From assembly GCA_013265495.1 (NCBI GenBank), contig MU058037.1, forward strand, positions 745,498 to 809,497: 64,000 nucleotides of DNA. The letters are read 5' to 3'. A model generated the notes under the pieces. That model was not told the origin of the DNA and ran no database searches. It saw only the letters and a program-made list of their open reading frames with translations. Numbering within the stretch: position 1 is the first letter of the stretch; every line of letters starts with the position of its first letter. A program made the translations under genes and the position numbers. Positions 1 through 13,390 of the stretch are shown one piece after another. The stretch is from Vicugna vicugna. Taxonomy: Eukaryota.

Positions 1-866
1 TACCTCTATAGTAAAAATTCTGTCAACAAGATTGGAGTGAGCATGTGTAGTTTCTTATGCCTTGAGTGTTATGGAGTCTACTCATTCCCAAGTTACTCAG
101 GTCACTACTTGCTCCCCCACCCACTTCAGTGAAGTTGTTTCATACATTTGGAATGCATTTAGATTATCTTGTCACATTATGCATTCTCTCCTGACATTCC
201 TTGACCTTCTAAATGATTTTGTTTTCAATTTGGATACATTAAGTTTCACTCTGTGCTGCAGATTTCCATGGATTTTGACAAATTCACGTGTCATATTTCC
301 ACTATTATAATATCACACAGAATAGTTCCACTTCCCTAAAAAAAACTTTCCCTGTGCTTCATCTGTTCAACCCTGGAAGCCATAGGACAATTTAATCTCT
401 CTATAGTTTTGCCTTTTTCAGAAAGTTACATAATTGGGAACTATATAGTATTGAAATAAGTTTGGCTCCTTTAGTTTCCAGTATGCATTTAAGATTCATC
501 CATGTCTTTTCATGGCTTGATAGCTCATATCTTTTTATCATTGAATAATATTCTATTATATCAATGTATGAAGGTTTGTTTATCCATTCACCTATTGATG
601 ATCCTGATTGTTTGCAGTTTTTCAGCAAATATAAATAAAGCTGCTGTAAACCTTCTCATGCCCATTTTTATGTAGACATAAGTTTTCAAATTAAGTTGGT
701 AAATACCTAGGAGTATGATGGCTGGATCATATGATAAGACTATGCTTAGCTTTGCAAGACACTGTCTTCAAAGTAGCTATAACATTACTCAGCAATGACT
801 GAGACTTCCTGTTATTCCACATCCTCACCAGCTGTTGGTATTGTCAATTTTTTTATTCTAGCCATT

Positions 867-1121
867 TTTTCCAGCTTTATTGAGATATATTTGACATACT
901 GTGAAAGTTAAAGGTATACAGCGTGATGATTTGATACACATTTATATTGTGAAAGGATTATCACAATAAGGTTAGTTAACATATCCATTACCTCACATTG
1001 TTACCTTTTTTGTGTGTGGTGGAAACATTTAAGATCTACTCTCTGAGTAACTTTCAAGTGTACGATACAGTATTGTTAACTATTTAACCATACTGTACAT
1101 TGGGTCCCCAGAATTTACTCA
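867..1121 (-). mobile_element. Short L1 3'-end fragment (L1MA-like) nested in the older L1
   Basis: T-tract followed by L1 3' UTR sequence. Flanked by an imperfect TSD: tctagccatt (857-866) and tctagtcatt (1122-1131). Confidence 0.8.
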
Positions 1122-3804
1122 TCTAGTCATTCTAATAGGTGTGTAGTAGTATCACATTTTTGTTTTAATATGCAGATCCCTAATGACTAATGAGAGTGAG
1201 CATCTTTTCATGTGCTTATTTACCAACTGTATATCTTCTTTGTTAAGATGTCCTTCAGATCTTTAGTCCAGCAGAAGTTTTTTAATTCAATTAAGTCCAA
1301 CTTTGCAATTTTTTTCTTTTGTAGATTGTACTTTAATGTTGTATCTAAAAATGTGTCACCAAACGCAAGATCACCTTGAGTTTCTCCCATATTTCCTTCT
1401 ATAAGTTTTATAGTTCTCTGTTTTATATTCAAGTCTATGATCCACTTTTATTTAATTTTTATGAAAGTTATTGGGTCTTTCGCTAGATGATTGATGACGA
1501 CGATGATGATGATACAGATGGATGCCCAGTTATTCCATCACCATTTGTTTAAAAAACTATTTTTTATTCATTGAATTGCCTTTAACCTACGTCAAAGATC
1601 AGTTGACTGTATTTGTATGGGTATATTTCTGGGGTCTCTATTCTGCTCCATTCATCTATCTGCTTGTTATTTTACTAGTACCATGCTGTCTTGATTATTG
1701 TAGCTTTATAGTAAGCCCTGAAGTTGGGTATTGTGAGTCCTCCAGGTTGTTCTTGTTCTTCAGTATTATGTTGGCTATTCTAGGTCATTTGTATTTCTAC
1801 ATAAACTTTAGAATGAAACTGTCAATATCTACAAAATGGCTTTTTGGGATTTGGATGGGGATTGTATTGAATCTATAGATCAATTTAGGAAGAAGTTACA
1901 TCTTAATAATCCTAAGTCTTTCAATCCATGTACATGGAATATCTCTCCATTTATTGAGATAATTTTTGTTTCTTTCTTTAGAGTTTTGTAGTTTTCTGCA
2001 TATACAACTTTTTTCAGACTATTGCCTGACTATTCCATTTTTTTCCTAGTGCTATTGGAAATGGTGTTTTTTTAAATTTCAAATTCTAAGTGCTCATTGC
2101 TAACACATAGGAAAGCAATTGACTTTTGTATATTAAACTTATATCCTGCAACCTTGATATGTACTCACTTTTAGATCCAGGAGTTTTTTGGTTTTTTAAT
2201 TCTTTGGAATTTTCTATACAGACAATCATGTCATCTGTAAACAAAGACAGTTTTATTTCTTTCTTCCAAACACATAAAACACTTAATCAATTTTCTTGTC
2301 TTTTTGCACTGATTAGGACTTCCAGTATGATTTTGAATAGGAGAAATGAGAGCTTTGTTCCCAATCTTAGGGGAAGAGTGTCCAGTTTATCACCATTAAG
2401 TATGATATTAGCTGTAGGTATTTGGTAGTTGGTTGTATTTATACCATTCACGTTTAAAGTGATTATTGATACAGTTGGATTAATACCGACCATGTAATTG
2501 ATATTTATTGATTTGTTTTTTTGCTCCACTTTTTTCTGCCTTCTCTGGTTTTAATTGATTATTTCATGATTCCATCTTTTCTCCACTCTTTGCTCATCTA
2601 TTATACTTACTCATATAAATTCTAGCAGTATTTCTAGAGTTTGCAATATGTATTTTTATGTAATATAAATCCTCCTTCAAATTACACTATAATGCTTGAG
2701 TTGTAGTGTACGTACACTATAACTGAATATTCCCAGTTTCTCCCTCACATCATCCCTTATGCTATTACTGTCATTCAGTTCACTTATCCATTGTTACTAG
2801 TAGTACTTTACAGAGAGTTATATTTTAGTTCAATAAAGAATTAAAAATTAAAATACTTTATTTTTTCTTCATTTATTCCTTCTTTGACATTCTTCCTTCT
2901 TTATTTTGATCCTGGTTTGTAATCTATATCATCTTCCTTCTCCCTGAAGAACTTCTTGTAATATTTCTTGCAAGGCAGGTCTGCTGGTGATAAAGTCTCT
3001 CAATTATTGTTTGTATGAGAAAGTATTTCTCTTTCACTTTTGAAAAATAATTTCACTGGACATAGAATTCTGGTTTGGTGTTTTATTCCTTCAACACTAA
3101 ATATTTTATTCCACTTGCTTCTTGCTTACATGGTTTTTACAAAAGTATATACTATAACTCTTATCCTTGTTTCTCTACGGATGAAATGTTTTTTCTCTCT
3201 GGTTTTTTTTCACATTTTCTTCTTCTTTGGTTTTCTGCAGTTTAAATATAATATAAATAGGTATGGTATTTTTAGTATTCATCTGCTTGATGGTCTCTGA
3301 GCTTCCTGGATCTGTGATTTGGTTTCTGTCATTAATTTTAGATAATTCTTGGTCTTCTTACTTTAAATATTTCTTTTTCTTTGTTCTCTCTTCTCCTTTT
3401 GGTTTTCTAATTACACACGTTACACATTTTGAAATTGTCCCACAGTTCTTGAGTATTCTGTTTCCATTAGGGAAGTTTATTTGGACCTATCTTCAAGTTC
3501 ACTGATTCTCTACTCAGCCCTGTCAAAGACATTTATTTCCATTACAGTGTTTCATTTTAATTTCTAGTGTTCTCTTTTGATTCTTTCTTAGCATTTCCAT
3601 CTCTCTGCTTACATTATCCATGTTCCTGCATGTTATCTACTCTTTTCATTAGAACCTTTAAGATATCAATCAACCTTTAAATATCAATTTAAATTTCCTG
3701 TCTGATAATTCTAACATCTATGTCATCTCTGAGTGTGGTTCTGATACTTGCCCAGTCTCTTCAGAACTTTTTTTTTGCCTTTTAGAATGGCCTTTACTTA
3801 AATG

Positions 3805-4619
3805 ACACTTAAATGACAATCTTCATTAATTGCTGGAGCTTGAGTATGAGCTAGCATGAGTGAGGGAAAATCCTGGAGTCTTTGAGCACCCCCCCCCACT
3901 ATTATGGAATTTATCTCCAGAAACATCACCAGTGTGAAATGGTGAGAAAGATGCCCTCGAAGCTGGACATGACTTCTCAAGTAATACTGAGTGAAATAGG
4001 CCTTTAGTGTGTTTTATGTTAATCTTTTGGGCGTGTTTAATGTTTTTGGCAGCAGTAGAGACCACAGGATTCAAATTCTTCCTGTCTCCTTGTCTTTGTC
4101 TCTCCTGTAGACTTTAAGTTTCCCTAAATACTTCTCCTCGGAGAGAGTCTATGTCTTATAGTTCATTCGGCTTGACTCACTGCTATTACATTGGATTCCT
4201 GTTTGGTATGGTGATTAAAGTGTGGGGGGACGGAAAGCATGCTATTACCTCATGATTAGATCTTACTCTTTTATTGGACCTGTTCCCTAGGCTGTGACCT
4301 TCACAAGTGTTCCTTAGCTCGCCCGCCTTGGGTGGGACAGGAAGGCTAAAAGTAGCTGGAATGAGAGACTATCCTTCCCCCTTGTGGGACCAGGCTTTTC
4401 TTATGGAGAACACGCTGGGTGTATTTCAAAATGGTTACTCTTCTCCTTGCCCTGCCAGAGCTTTGAGGGCATCTTTCTCACCATTTCACACTGGTGATGT
4501 TTCTGGAGATAAATTCCATAAAAGTGGGGGGGGGGTGCTCAAAGACTCCAGGATTTTCCCTCACTCATGCTAGCTCATACTCAAGCTCCAGCAATTAATG
4601 AAGATTGTCATTTAAGTGT
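3805..4619. repeat. 160 bp near-perfect inverted repeat (arms 3805-3964 and 4459-4619, spacer ~495 bp)
   Basis: Arm 1 is the reverse complement of arm 2, apart from two substitutions and a C/G-run length difference. Opposite-strand ORFs share 'RASFSPFHTGDVSGDKFH'. Confidence 0.95.
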
Positions 4620-4858
4620 TCCTTCCAGTTAATGACCCAGTGGTTTCTGATCCAGGTAGGCAAATCTTGACAGTAACTCTCTGCATCCAACTGTTCCCCC
4701 AGATTGGGGGTGGCAGTTTGCTGTGTTGCCTTCGTTCTCTGATAAATAATGAAAAGTAACTGACTTTCAGTTTGCTTAGGTGAAAGGACAGGAGTTATAA
4801 GGACATGAATGACAATTTCTAAGGTCTTTGCATTTTGGTCCTGAAACTGGAATTCCCT

Positions 4859-5082
4859 GCAAAGTTTTTCTGTAAAAGGCCAGATAGTAAATATTTTCAG
4901 CTTTGCAGGCCATGCGGTCTCTGTTGTAACTAATCAACCCTGTTGTTGCAGCATCAAAGCAACCAGAGAAAATATGTAAATGAATGAGTTTGGTGATGTT
5001 CATTGTGTTCCAGTAAACCTTTATTTACAAAAACAGGAAACTGGGTGGATTTGACCTGCAGGCCATAGTTTGCTGACCCCTG
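4859..5082 (+). mobile_element. MER58A-like hAT-Charlie MITE
   Basis: Characteristic 'tttttctgtaaaaggccagatagtaaatatttt...ggccatagtttgctgacccctg'. Confidence 0.85.
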
Positions 5083-5290
5083 ATTTAAAGCACAGATGGA
5101 AAATCCTGAAAGCTGGAAATCAATTGACAGTTTAATTTGTTGAATGGATCAATAAATGAGTGAATCTCTCTGCATGTTAAAATGTCTTCAAGAGATTTGA
5201 TGATGCCATGAATATGCTTCTCTATTAAAACTATCAATTAGAGAAGTTTTAATAACCCATGTGCTTCTGCTATTACAACCTTAATCATTC

Positions 5291-5294
5291 ATAT

Positions 5295-5340
<46 letters not shown>

Positions 5341-5341
5341 A
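5291..5341. repeat. Imperfect (AT)n microsatellite
   Basis: Direct reading. Confidence 0.95.
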
Positions 5342-6639
5342 CCCAAGTTCAAATGAAAAGGGGAAAAAGCCACTTAGTTTACTCTTGAAATTACTTTTAT
5401 TTTCTATTTTGCCAAATTATAATATTTGACTCTAAATAATACAAGGCAAACAATGAGATATTTCCACTTAATTACCATTCAAAAATGATAATTTTCCAAT
5501 GCCTGTAATAAGAAATGTAATGAAACCTAAAGCACCTAGGATTCAAGAAATTGTATTCCTCAAGAAATTAGCATCTTTAGAAAATAAGAGGCCTTCACAG
5601 GGTTAAAGAGTTAAAGCTTCACAGGATAAAAGAGAAAAACAGTACTACCTAGCCTCATGTATTTAAACTATTTGAAGAGGGAGAGTTATGTGAATCAACA
5701 GCATAAATTTTAGCAGACCAAAGTAATATAACCAAGTTAGGATTTTTGTTACCTAAGTTAAAACTGTCTAATGTCTATAGTAAAAATATACTACTTGGGG
5801 AAATCATCCATAGAATAAATTTTCTAAAAATCCATAAAATGAAAATGTTTCTCTGTGAAGTATGTAAAACAATATTCCCAAACATTTCCCTCTCTGAATC
5901 TACAAATTTCCTCTCAAACTGCAAATCAGGAAAAGACAGAACCTCAGGTGAATAGTATTTAAGTAAAATATTTTGTGCATGTGATAAATTTGCTCTCTGC
6001 CAACTTCTTAGCCCTGGATTCCACTTTGATTTATTGTTGTCTGGCTTCTGGGAGCTAATCTGTCTTTCCTGAAATTGCCTAAGTCCTCTCTTACTTATTC
6101 ATTACCTCAACAATTAGTTCAGGTTGCTAACATACATAAAGGCAGGTGACAGCGTAAGTCAGGAAATGAATATCTGTTATCTGTCTCACTGAGGCTAGGC
6201 GGTTCACTTCAATGACTACTCTCACTTTTTATCCAAGTTGATGTAAGAGAGCCTTTACGGATGGCAGTAACTGAGTTTCAAAATTCAAATTGTAGAAAAC
6301 CCAAGTTAGATATTTTGGCCAGGATACGTTGGCTTGTCATTTAAATTTTTTTAATTTCAGTCTTACATTGTTATTAAGAATTCTTATTAAGAATACTTAT
6401 TTACATTGTATTTGTATTATGAATGTGAATGGATTGTACGTTTCCATTATATATTGTAATTATTTATTGCTGGTATTGTAGGTAAGGCTTTGAATGTTAA
6501 TTCAGAATGACCTTGTCAATATCAAGCTTTTATGTTTATTATATTTGGTTTTCTCAATAGACAGTCATTATTGGTATGAGCAGAACATGGACTGTATGCA
6601 GGAAGTGACAGGAGATGAAAGTGGAGAGGATGTGAGGTG

Positions 6640-7052
6640 CATAGCAGCCGTCTTTTGATAAGTGACTCCATCCCACTGACCACGATTGACTGAACCATGT
6701 ATAGAAACTTGATACATGTGGAGTCAGCCACTCTCTTTCCTTGGAATTTAAAACTAGAACTTAAAAAAACAAAATATTCCCTGCAAGTGCAAACAACTAT
6801 AGTATGTAAAGTAAAAAGCTTTGTGGCAGTCATTTAAAAAGAATATTGTGCATAGTAGAAGATTTATACAGACCCTCAGAGAGAAAGACAGGACAGATAG
6901 AGAGTTCTGGCTGTTTTCCAGGTCTTTCCTTAAACTGGCTGCATTCCTGCCCTTGAGTTTCATGAGACATCTCTGTATCCTTATAACACAGTGCTCTCTT
7001 TTGCTAAAGCTCATTTGATTTGCTTTCTGTTTCTTGTGACCAAACAACCTAA
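6640..7052 (+). mobile_element. Old MaLR (MLT1-like) solo LTR
   Basis: MLT1-type 3' end 'ttttgctaaagctcatttgatttgctttctgtttcttgtgaccaaa'. Confidence 0.6.
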
Positions 7053-7566
7053 GATAATGTGTGTTACCATTATCACAGCATCTTTACCAAATTCTGCTGT
7101 AATTATTTACCTCCCCATCAAGATTCTTGAAGTAAGTGGCTAAAGCTAATTTTTTCCATATCCCCATCACTGAGTCAGCACTCAGTAAATATCTGCAAAG
7201 TGATGAAAGAGAAAAGCTTGTCTGGGTAGGAGACACAGCATGATGAAGCCTGCTACAACAGCTATTCCTTCTCATATGGAAATGTTTCTTTAGGAACTAT
7301 TTTTTTAAGTCCTTAGAAGAGCCGTTCACAAATTGCATTCAGTGGCTACCCACTGGCTCAAGATAAGAGTAAGTGTTCAGTGCAAAATGGTTCCACAGTA
7401 GTTATGTATGTAAAATACTGTGTTACACAGAGTTAGCAGCTTTCTTTACCAAAGTAATTTTCAGAGCTTTTAACATGATACAGATATACTACAAGTTTTT
7501 AAGAAGGTGATAAAACAATCAAGATTTCCCAAACTCTTTGGCCATGAGATCATTTTACCACATAAC

Positions 7567-8452
7567 TACACAGAACTCAACAACAACAGCAACCCTGAGT
7601 TAACAACAGGCAAAGGACTAGAATAGACATTTTTCCGAAGAAGATACTTTTTTTAAAAAGCCAGCAAGCACATAAAAAGATGCTCAATATCACTAATCAT
7701 TAGTTAAATACAAATCAAAGCCACAGTGGAATACTACCTCCCACCCATTAGGATGGCTACTATTTTTTTAAAGTACATAACATTGGTAAGGATGTAGAGA
7801 AATTGGAACCTTTGTGCACCACTGGTAGCAATGTAGAATGGTACAGCCACTATGGAAAACAGATTTTCAGTTTCTCAAAAAATTAAAAATAGAATTACCA
7901 TATGATCCAGCAATTCCACTTCTAAGTATATACCCAAAATAACTGAAAGCAGACTCTCAAATAGATATTTGTACAACCCTGTCCATAGCAGTATTGTGCG
8001 CAATAGCCAAAAGGTGGAAGCAACCCAACTGTCCATCTGCGGATGAATGGATAAACAAAACGTGTTACAAACATACAGTGGATTGTTATTTAGCCTTAAA
8101 AAGGAAGGAAATTTTGACACATATTACAACATGAATGAACCTTGATAACATTATGCTAAGTGAAATAAGCCAGTCAAAAAAACCACAAATAATGTATGAT
8201 TCCATTTACATGTGGTATCTAGAGTAATCAAAATTATAGATACAAAAAATAGAATGGTGGTGGTCAGGGACTGGGAGGAGAGAGGAATGGGGACTTGTAG
8301 TTTAATAGATACAGAGTTTCAGTTTTACAAAATGAACATTCTGGTGATTGGTTGCACAACAATATGAATTTACTTGACACAACTGAACTGTACACTTAAA
8401 AATGGTGAAGATAGTAAATTTTATGTTATGTGTATTTTACTGCAATTAAAGT
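7567..8452 (+). mobile_element. L1 3' end (L1MB-like), 5'-truncated
   Basis: ORF2 C-terminal and 3' UTR motifs ('ccatatgatccagcaattccacttctaagtatatacccaaaa', 'ctgaactgtacacttaaaaatgg'). Confidence 0.9.
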
Positions 8453-11121
8453 TTTTTCAACTTCACAGAACAGTATCCTCAGAAAAAATATTTTTAGAAA
8501 CAATGCCAAGACAATTTCATGGTGTTTTGCTCCCAAAAGCACATACATGGGAGCAAAGCCATTCTTACTGGAAGAAATGGTGATGGTTAACTTTCCTTTT
8601 CTGTGAAATTTCCAGCATAGTAAGTTTTAAGGTAATCAGTGTAATGTAGCACCCACGTGTTTTCTCTTACTTGAGAGTGGATGAAAATCAGTTACATTTT
8701 GTTTCCTGATAGTTAGCTCTTAATATTCTATTATTATGTTGGCCTCTTCTTTCCATCTTTAAATATACGGCATCAGGGAATGATGACATGGAGAGAGGGT
8801 TCAGGGCTGATAAACAGCAACCATCTCGTCTACCTACTCCCCTAATTTAGTAGCCACAACACATAGCCCCACGGAGACCTCCAATGGCAAGTGTAGGCTC
8901 CTAAGGGTCTAACAATAGTGGCTAAACTTCTAGCTACCAAGGTTTGGGGAAATTTAATCTGAGAAAAATTGTCTTAATCTCCAAAGTTTCTCTTTCACTT
9001 CTGACCATATATTTTAAGGGACAATGAAAACTCAGCTACTTATAATCCTACTGCTGCCACTTTCAAGCCTTTATCCCATCACATAATCTCTCAGTGGCTG
9101 TTGTCTTCTCTTAAACCTGGAGCCAGTAGCAGAACAACCTTCTTGAACTACCCTGAAGAGTAATGAATAGAAATGAGTTATAAATATAAAATGATGTATA
9201 AATCTTTTAGCACCAGAAACTTGGGATGTTTTAAGTGCACAAGGGACAGACTAATAAGACTATCAATCCTGTCTCCAATGTATAGACATTTAGAAAGTGG
9301 GATCCCATCCATCCCTGGCTCTTAGAGTGTCGGTTTAAAAAAAAAATCTATGATTTCCATCAATGTAGAGAAATATGCCCTTTTGCCTTTCTTTCTGGAG
9401 CTAATTTAATGAATTTTCCTGTAAATGCTAAGGCCGTGAGAGATGGGGTTACATTTTATCTACAACGTAGCTAGACTGATTATGGACAGTTTTCTTAATT
9501 CAGAGAGTATTAAGTTCTACAGAGATGCTGCTCTGCTCGCATCTGGCCACACTAAAGGTGTCAGATTGAGTATTAATGATAAGGTTGTTTGCGTATTATA
9601 TGCTGAAAGTAAAACATTTCAAATTAAAAAGGATCAAGACTGACCGTTTAAAACCTTAATGGGGTACTATTTTCAACTGTGTTGAGTTTTAATGTTGAAA
9701 AACTTAACCAGGGCCCAATATTTAAAATTATATTTCTCTGTGAATTCTGAAAATATGATAAAAGTTGTTTTTCTGTTGTTCAAGGAGTGAGCAACTCTCA
9801 ACTGTGCCAAATTCCAATTATGTAACTTTTTAAACACAATCTGTAGGCTTATACCTACCAAAATTTTACTTGTAAATAAGAAATCCATATTAAAGAGGCA
9901 TGTGTGCTTATGTGCAACTAACTTAAGGGCCATTGCATATAACCTTCCGGCACTGAGTTAATAAAAAAGAAAACCATTTAACTAGTAGTTCTGAAAGTAC
10001 CTTCCTATTCTATTGGAAGAAATTTCTATTGACCCAGTCAGCTGAATCATTACCACACCGATGCAGTATACCGGTAATTTGTCTTCAATGTACAGCACTC
10101 TAGTTTTTGAGGAAATTAAAAAAGAGATACACATCCCTGCAGGTCTAGTCCTGTAGTAAAGTTGCTGGTATCCCACCCCAATACATCTTTCTCTCAACTT
10201 ACCATTTGTATGCTGGTCTATAATCCTAGAGACAGTGTTTCCGCTGTTGAGGGAAATGAGAGAGCGTTTGAGACATTTTTCCTTCATGAGCCCAAGAAAC
10301 AATGTTCATATAGCCTTCTTAGGTGTAAAAGAAATAATGAAGTAGATTAGCCACCTCTTTTTTACTGTCAATCAGAATTGAGCTTAAAAGAAAAAAAGAA
10401 GAAAGCAGTAAGATATTCCTCATTTCTACTTTCCTTTCTTTCTCCTTCTCCTTTATGCCTCTGACTAGCTTATTCAGCAGGAGACAGAACACTGGCTGAA
10501 ACTGAGGAAAGGACCTCAGAAAAGCCCTCACTGTACAGATAAGCAAACATTTTCTTGGTTACCAGGTGACTCCAAGGCCAGGTTGAGCCGCCAATTGAGT
10601 CAAATCCACATGTGCTTGTAGTTAGAAGCTGAGCCAAATCAAAACTACAACAAAAATTTAAAACTAAAAACATGGTGACATCCTTTGTTGGACCACCAGA
10701 AAGACAGGTGGATACTTTGTTGAACATTATCAGAGGCCATTTTGGCTGAAATATATCTCATATTCCTTCCGCATTTCAGCATCACCACCCAGATAAATGG
10801 AACCTACCTAATCCCCAATAAATCATCAGTGACTTTTCTCTTTAAAATGGCAGGTCTTATTATCATTTCAAACCAGAGAGCCTACTGAAAATACTAGGTA
10901 CTTTCCTACAGAGGTGCATTAGATTAGGGAAGAATAGCAGGTAAATTCTGACCTCTAGAACTGAGACATGAGTTTCACTGATCACTATAAAAAATATTTT
11001 CAATTACTTAATGAGAAAAAACCCTCTATTTGTGTTTGTGAATCATCACTGTCACTGCTGATTAAGATGTTCTTCTCTCTAGTGATTCTTGACTGAAAAA
11101 GGTCAGTAGAAATACTTAGAC

Positions 11122-11608
11122 ACATAGTCACAAGAAATCTTACATCTGAGCTCGTCTATGTTCTAAAGACTTGAAGACCAAAAAAAAAAAAAATCCTTTT
11201 AAAAGGCAAAAATCAGCTTCAGAACCCAATTTTCAGATTATAAAAGGTTAATTCCTTCTCTTCTGACCCGATCACAACTTTGGAGGCCCAGCTATAGCAA
11301 GAAGCTTATCATACTCCATTTAGCATGGGCTAGCCTCCTATAATTACAGCTTTAAAATGTTTTAACATAGTCACAAGAAATCTTACATCTGAGCTCGTCT
11401 ATGTTCTAAAGACTTGAAGACCAAAAAAAAAAAAAAAATCCTTTTAAAAGGCAAAAATCAGCTTCAGAACCCAATTTTCAGATTATAAAAGGTTAATTCC
11501 TTCTCTTCTGACCCGATCACAACTTTGGAGGCCCAGCTATAGCAAGAAGATTATCATACTCCATTTAGCATGGGCTAGCCGCCTATAATTACAGCTTTAA
11601 AATGTTTT
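11122..11608. repeat. Head-to-tail tandem duplication of ~243 bp (11122-11364 and 11365-11608)
   Basis: Both copies start 'acatagtcacaagaaatc' and end 'gctttaaaatgtttt'. They differ by two substitutions and an A-run length. Confidence 0.97.
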
Positions 11609-12459
11609 CTAGGCTTCATACACTTGTCTAGAAAAGAACAGTTGGAGTAATAATAATAAGGTATCCTCCAAAGGAAAAAAAAACTTTCACCTTCTGAAAT
11701 TCAAGTCTTTGTGGCTTCTCATAGAAATCTGGTTCTTTCTTATAACGTTTCGTGGTCAGGGCAAAATCACTGTCGGTAGCAGCAACATAAGCTTCATTAC
11801 TCAGTGACCTGGGCATAGGGCTGGTTCTCTCTGGTTTCAAGGCGGGAAGACTGCCAGGACCACAAGCACTCCCAAGTGAAAGGCCGTGCTTGACGCACTT
11901 ACCATAGGAGTTGGATGATGTTTCAGAGCACAGATGCCAGGAGTTTTCTTTTGTTTTCCTTTTAATTTCATCATGCTTTTAAAACCATTTTTCTTTCCAC
12001 AGGCCCCTGTAATGCGTTTGAAAAGATCCATTCTCCTGAGTCATCCAAGAGGACGGAGAACACGGTGAGCTTTCAGCTGAACGGGAGACTGTCCCTCCTC
12101 TGCCTGGTGAGAAGTGGCTCTCTAAGTGCCTTATATGTTCAACCTGTAGTTAATTCCACTCCCACTCTACCCCCACTGGTAATGAAGACAAATAGCACTG
12201 CAGTCTTTGGGTACAGCCTCAATGTTTACTTCTGCTTACAGCCAAGGATCTACGGCTCAGACTCTGGGAACTATAAAAATCATTTTGGAGAAGAAATTTT
12301 TGACTCCCTACCTCTTCTTTATCTTTGCCCCAGAGGAGGAGGGCCACAGCAGTGGTTAAGAAAGCTGAAACAAGGAGAGAAGGTGCACAAAATCTGAATG
12401 CACCCTTAATCTGACTTCTGACATTCTATTATGTACAGTTAATTGCAACTGTTACTTAT

Positions 12460-12916
12460 CAAGTATGGCCGATCTCCACGCCTCCAACCACCACACCCAG
12501 ATCTCCTCAGCCTTTACCATTTCAGGGCCTGCCAACTGGCAGCATCTGCCTTTCTTTGCCCTTGGGCTTTCTCTGGACTTAAACTCCTCCATGCTTCTAT
12601 TCCCCCATATAAACATGAGGCCAGAAATGCCCCCAAATAAATGCCTCCCTATAAGAACAGCCTTTGACTAGTGACAGACTGAAGTTGGTACATAAATATC
12701 TCAGTGCCCTTGTCCCTCAGGTGGGATTATCTCTCAGGTATTGTCCTACTCTGAGTCCCAGAGTTCCCCAGTGAGATTAAGTTCCAGTTGTCCACAGTAG
12801 TAATAATACAACTTTTTTGTCTGTTCCCAGCTCCTCTACAGTGTCCTCTACTGAGATCACACCCGGAATAAACCACTTGCGGTTGAATGTGTGTCCATGG
12901 GTTGGCTTCTAAGACA
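12460..12916 (+). mobile_element. ERVL LTR16-like solo LTR
   Basis: 'cccagagttccccagtgagattaagttccagttgtccacagt...aataaaccacttgc'. Homologous to 42828-43272. Confidence 0.7.
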
Positions 12917-13226
12917 CAGTTTCTGGATGTGGACTCTAAAAGAAGAAGATGAGCTGCTTTGTTAGGTGAGGTTCAGCTACAGACATTCCAGTCTCTCTTA
13001 CATACCTCCCCCAAAGAATATTAGCCTCTTATGGCAGCTTTCCCCCCGCTATGATTAAACTTCATTTGATTTCATTTGGATATAAATGGCAGGGCTGGTT
13101 CCTGCCTCTTGCCCCAACATCTGCTTCATCTCCCTCTGTTCCAGGTTGATGGATCTTTTGATAATCACCCTAACATACCCATAGATTTAGTTTCACTCAA
13201 CTTCTGAGACCTCATAGTGGTCTTTC

Positions 13227-13227
<1 letters not shown>

Positions 13228-13261
<34 letters not shown>
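13228..13261. repeat. (CA)n microsatellite
   Basis: Direct reading. Confidence 0.97.
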
Positions 13262-13264
<3 letters not shown>

Positions 13265-13390
13265 GTTCTTAACATTTTTTATGCTATGAAATCCTTTGAC
13301 AGCCTGTGGACACATCTAAGAATGTTTTTAAAGTCATAAAATTAAATATATCAGATTACAAAGGAAAAAAGTTACAATGAAATATGATTT
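13262..13390. mobile_element. hAT-Charlie DNA transposon fragment
   Basis: 'ggagttcttaacattttttatgctatg...gattacaaaggaaa' resembles a Charlie-type terminus. Confidence 0.55.

Larger units (their letters stand above)
220..4852 (-). mobile_element. Ancient LINE-1 (L1MC/L1MD-like): 3' UTR, partial ORF2, decayed ORF1 and 5' end, with a large ORF2 deletion near 2425
   Basis: Minus-strand ORF fragments are L1 ORF2-like (401..628; 1220..1432; 2287..2529 '[22 protein letters not shown]' fused to ORF2 N-terminus '[12 protein letters not shown]'). An L1 5'-end-like sequence ends near 4850. Confidence 0.85.

Noticed and set aside
1522..3505. Hydrophobic plus-strand ORFs as membrane proteins
   Set aside because: They are antisense readings of A-rich L1 sequence, which yield F/L/I-rich translations.
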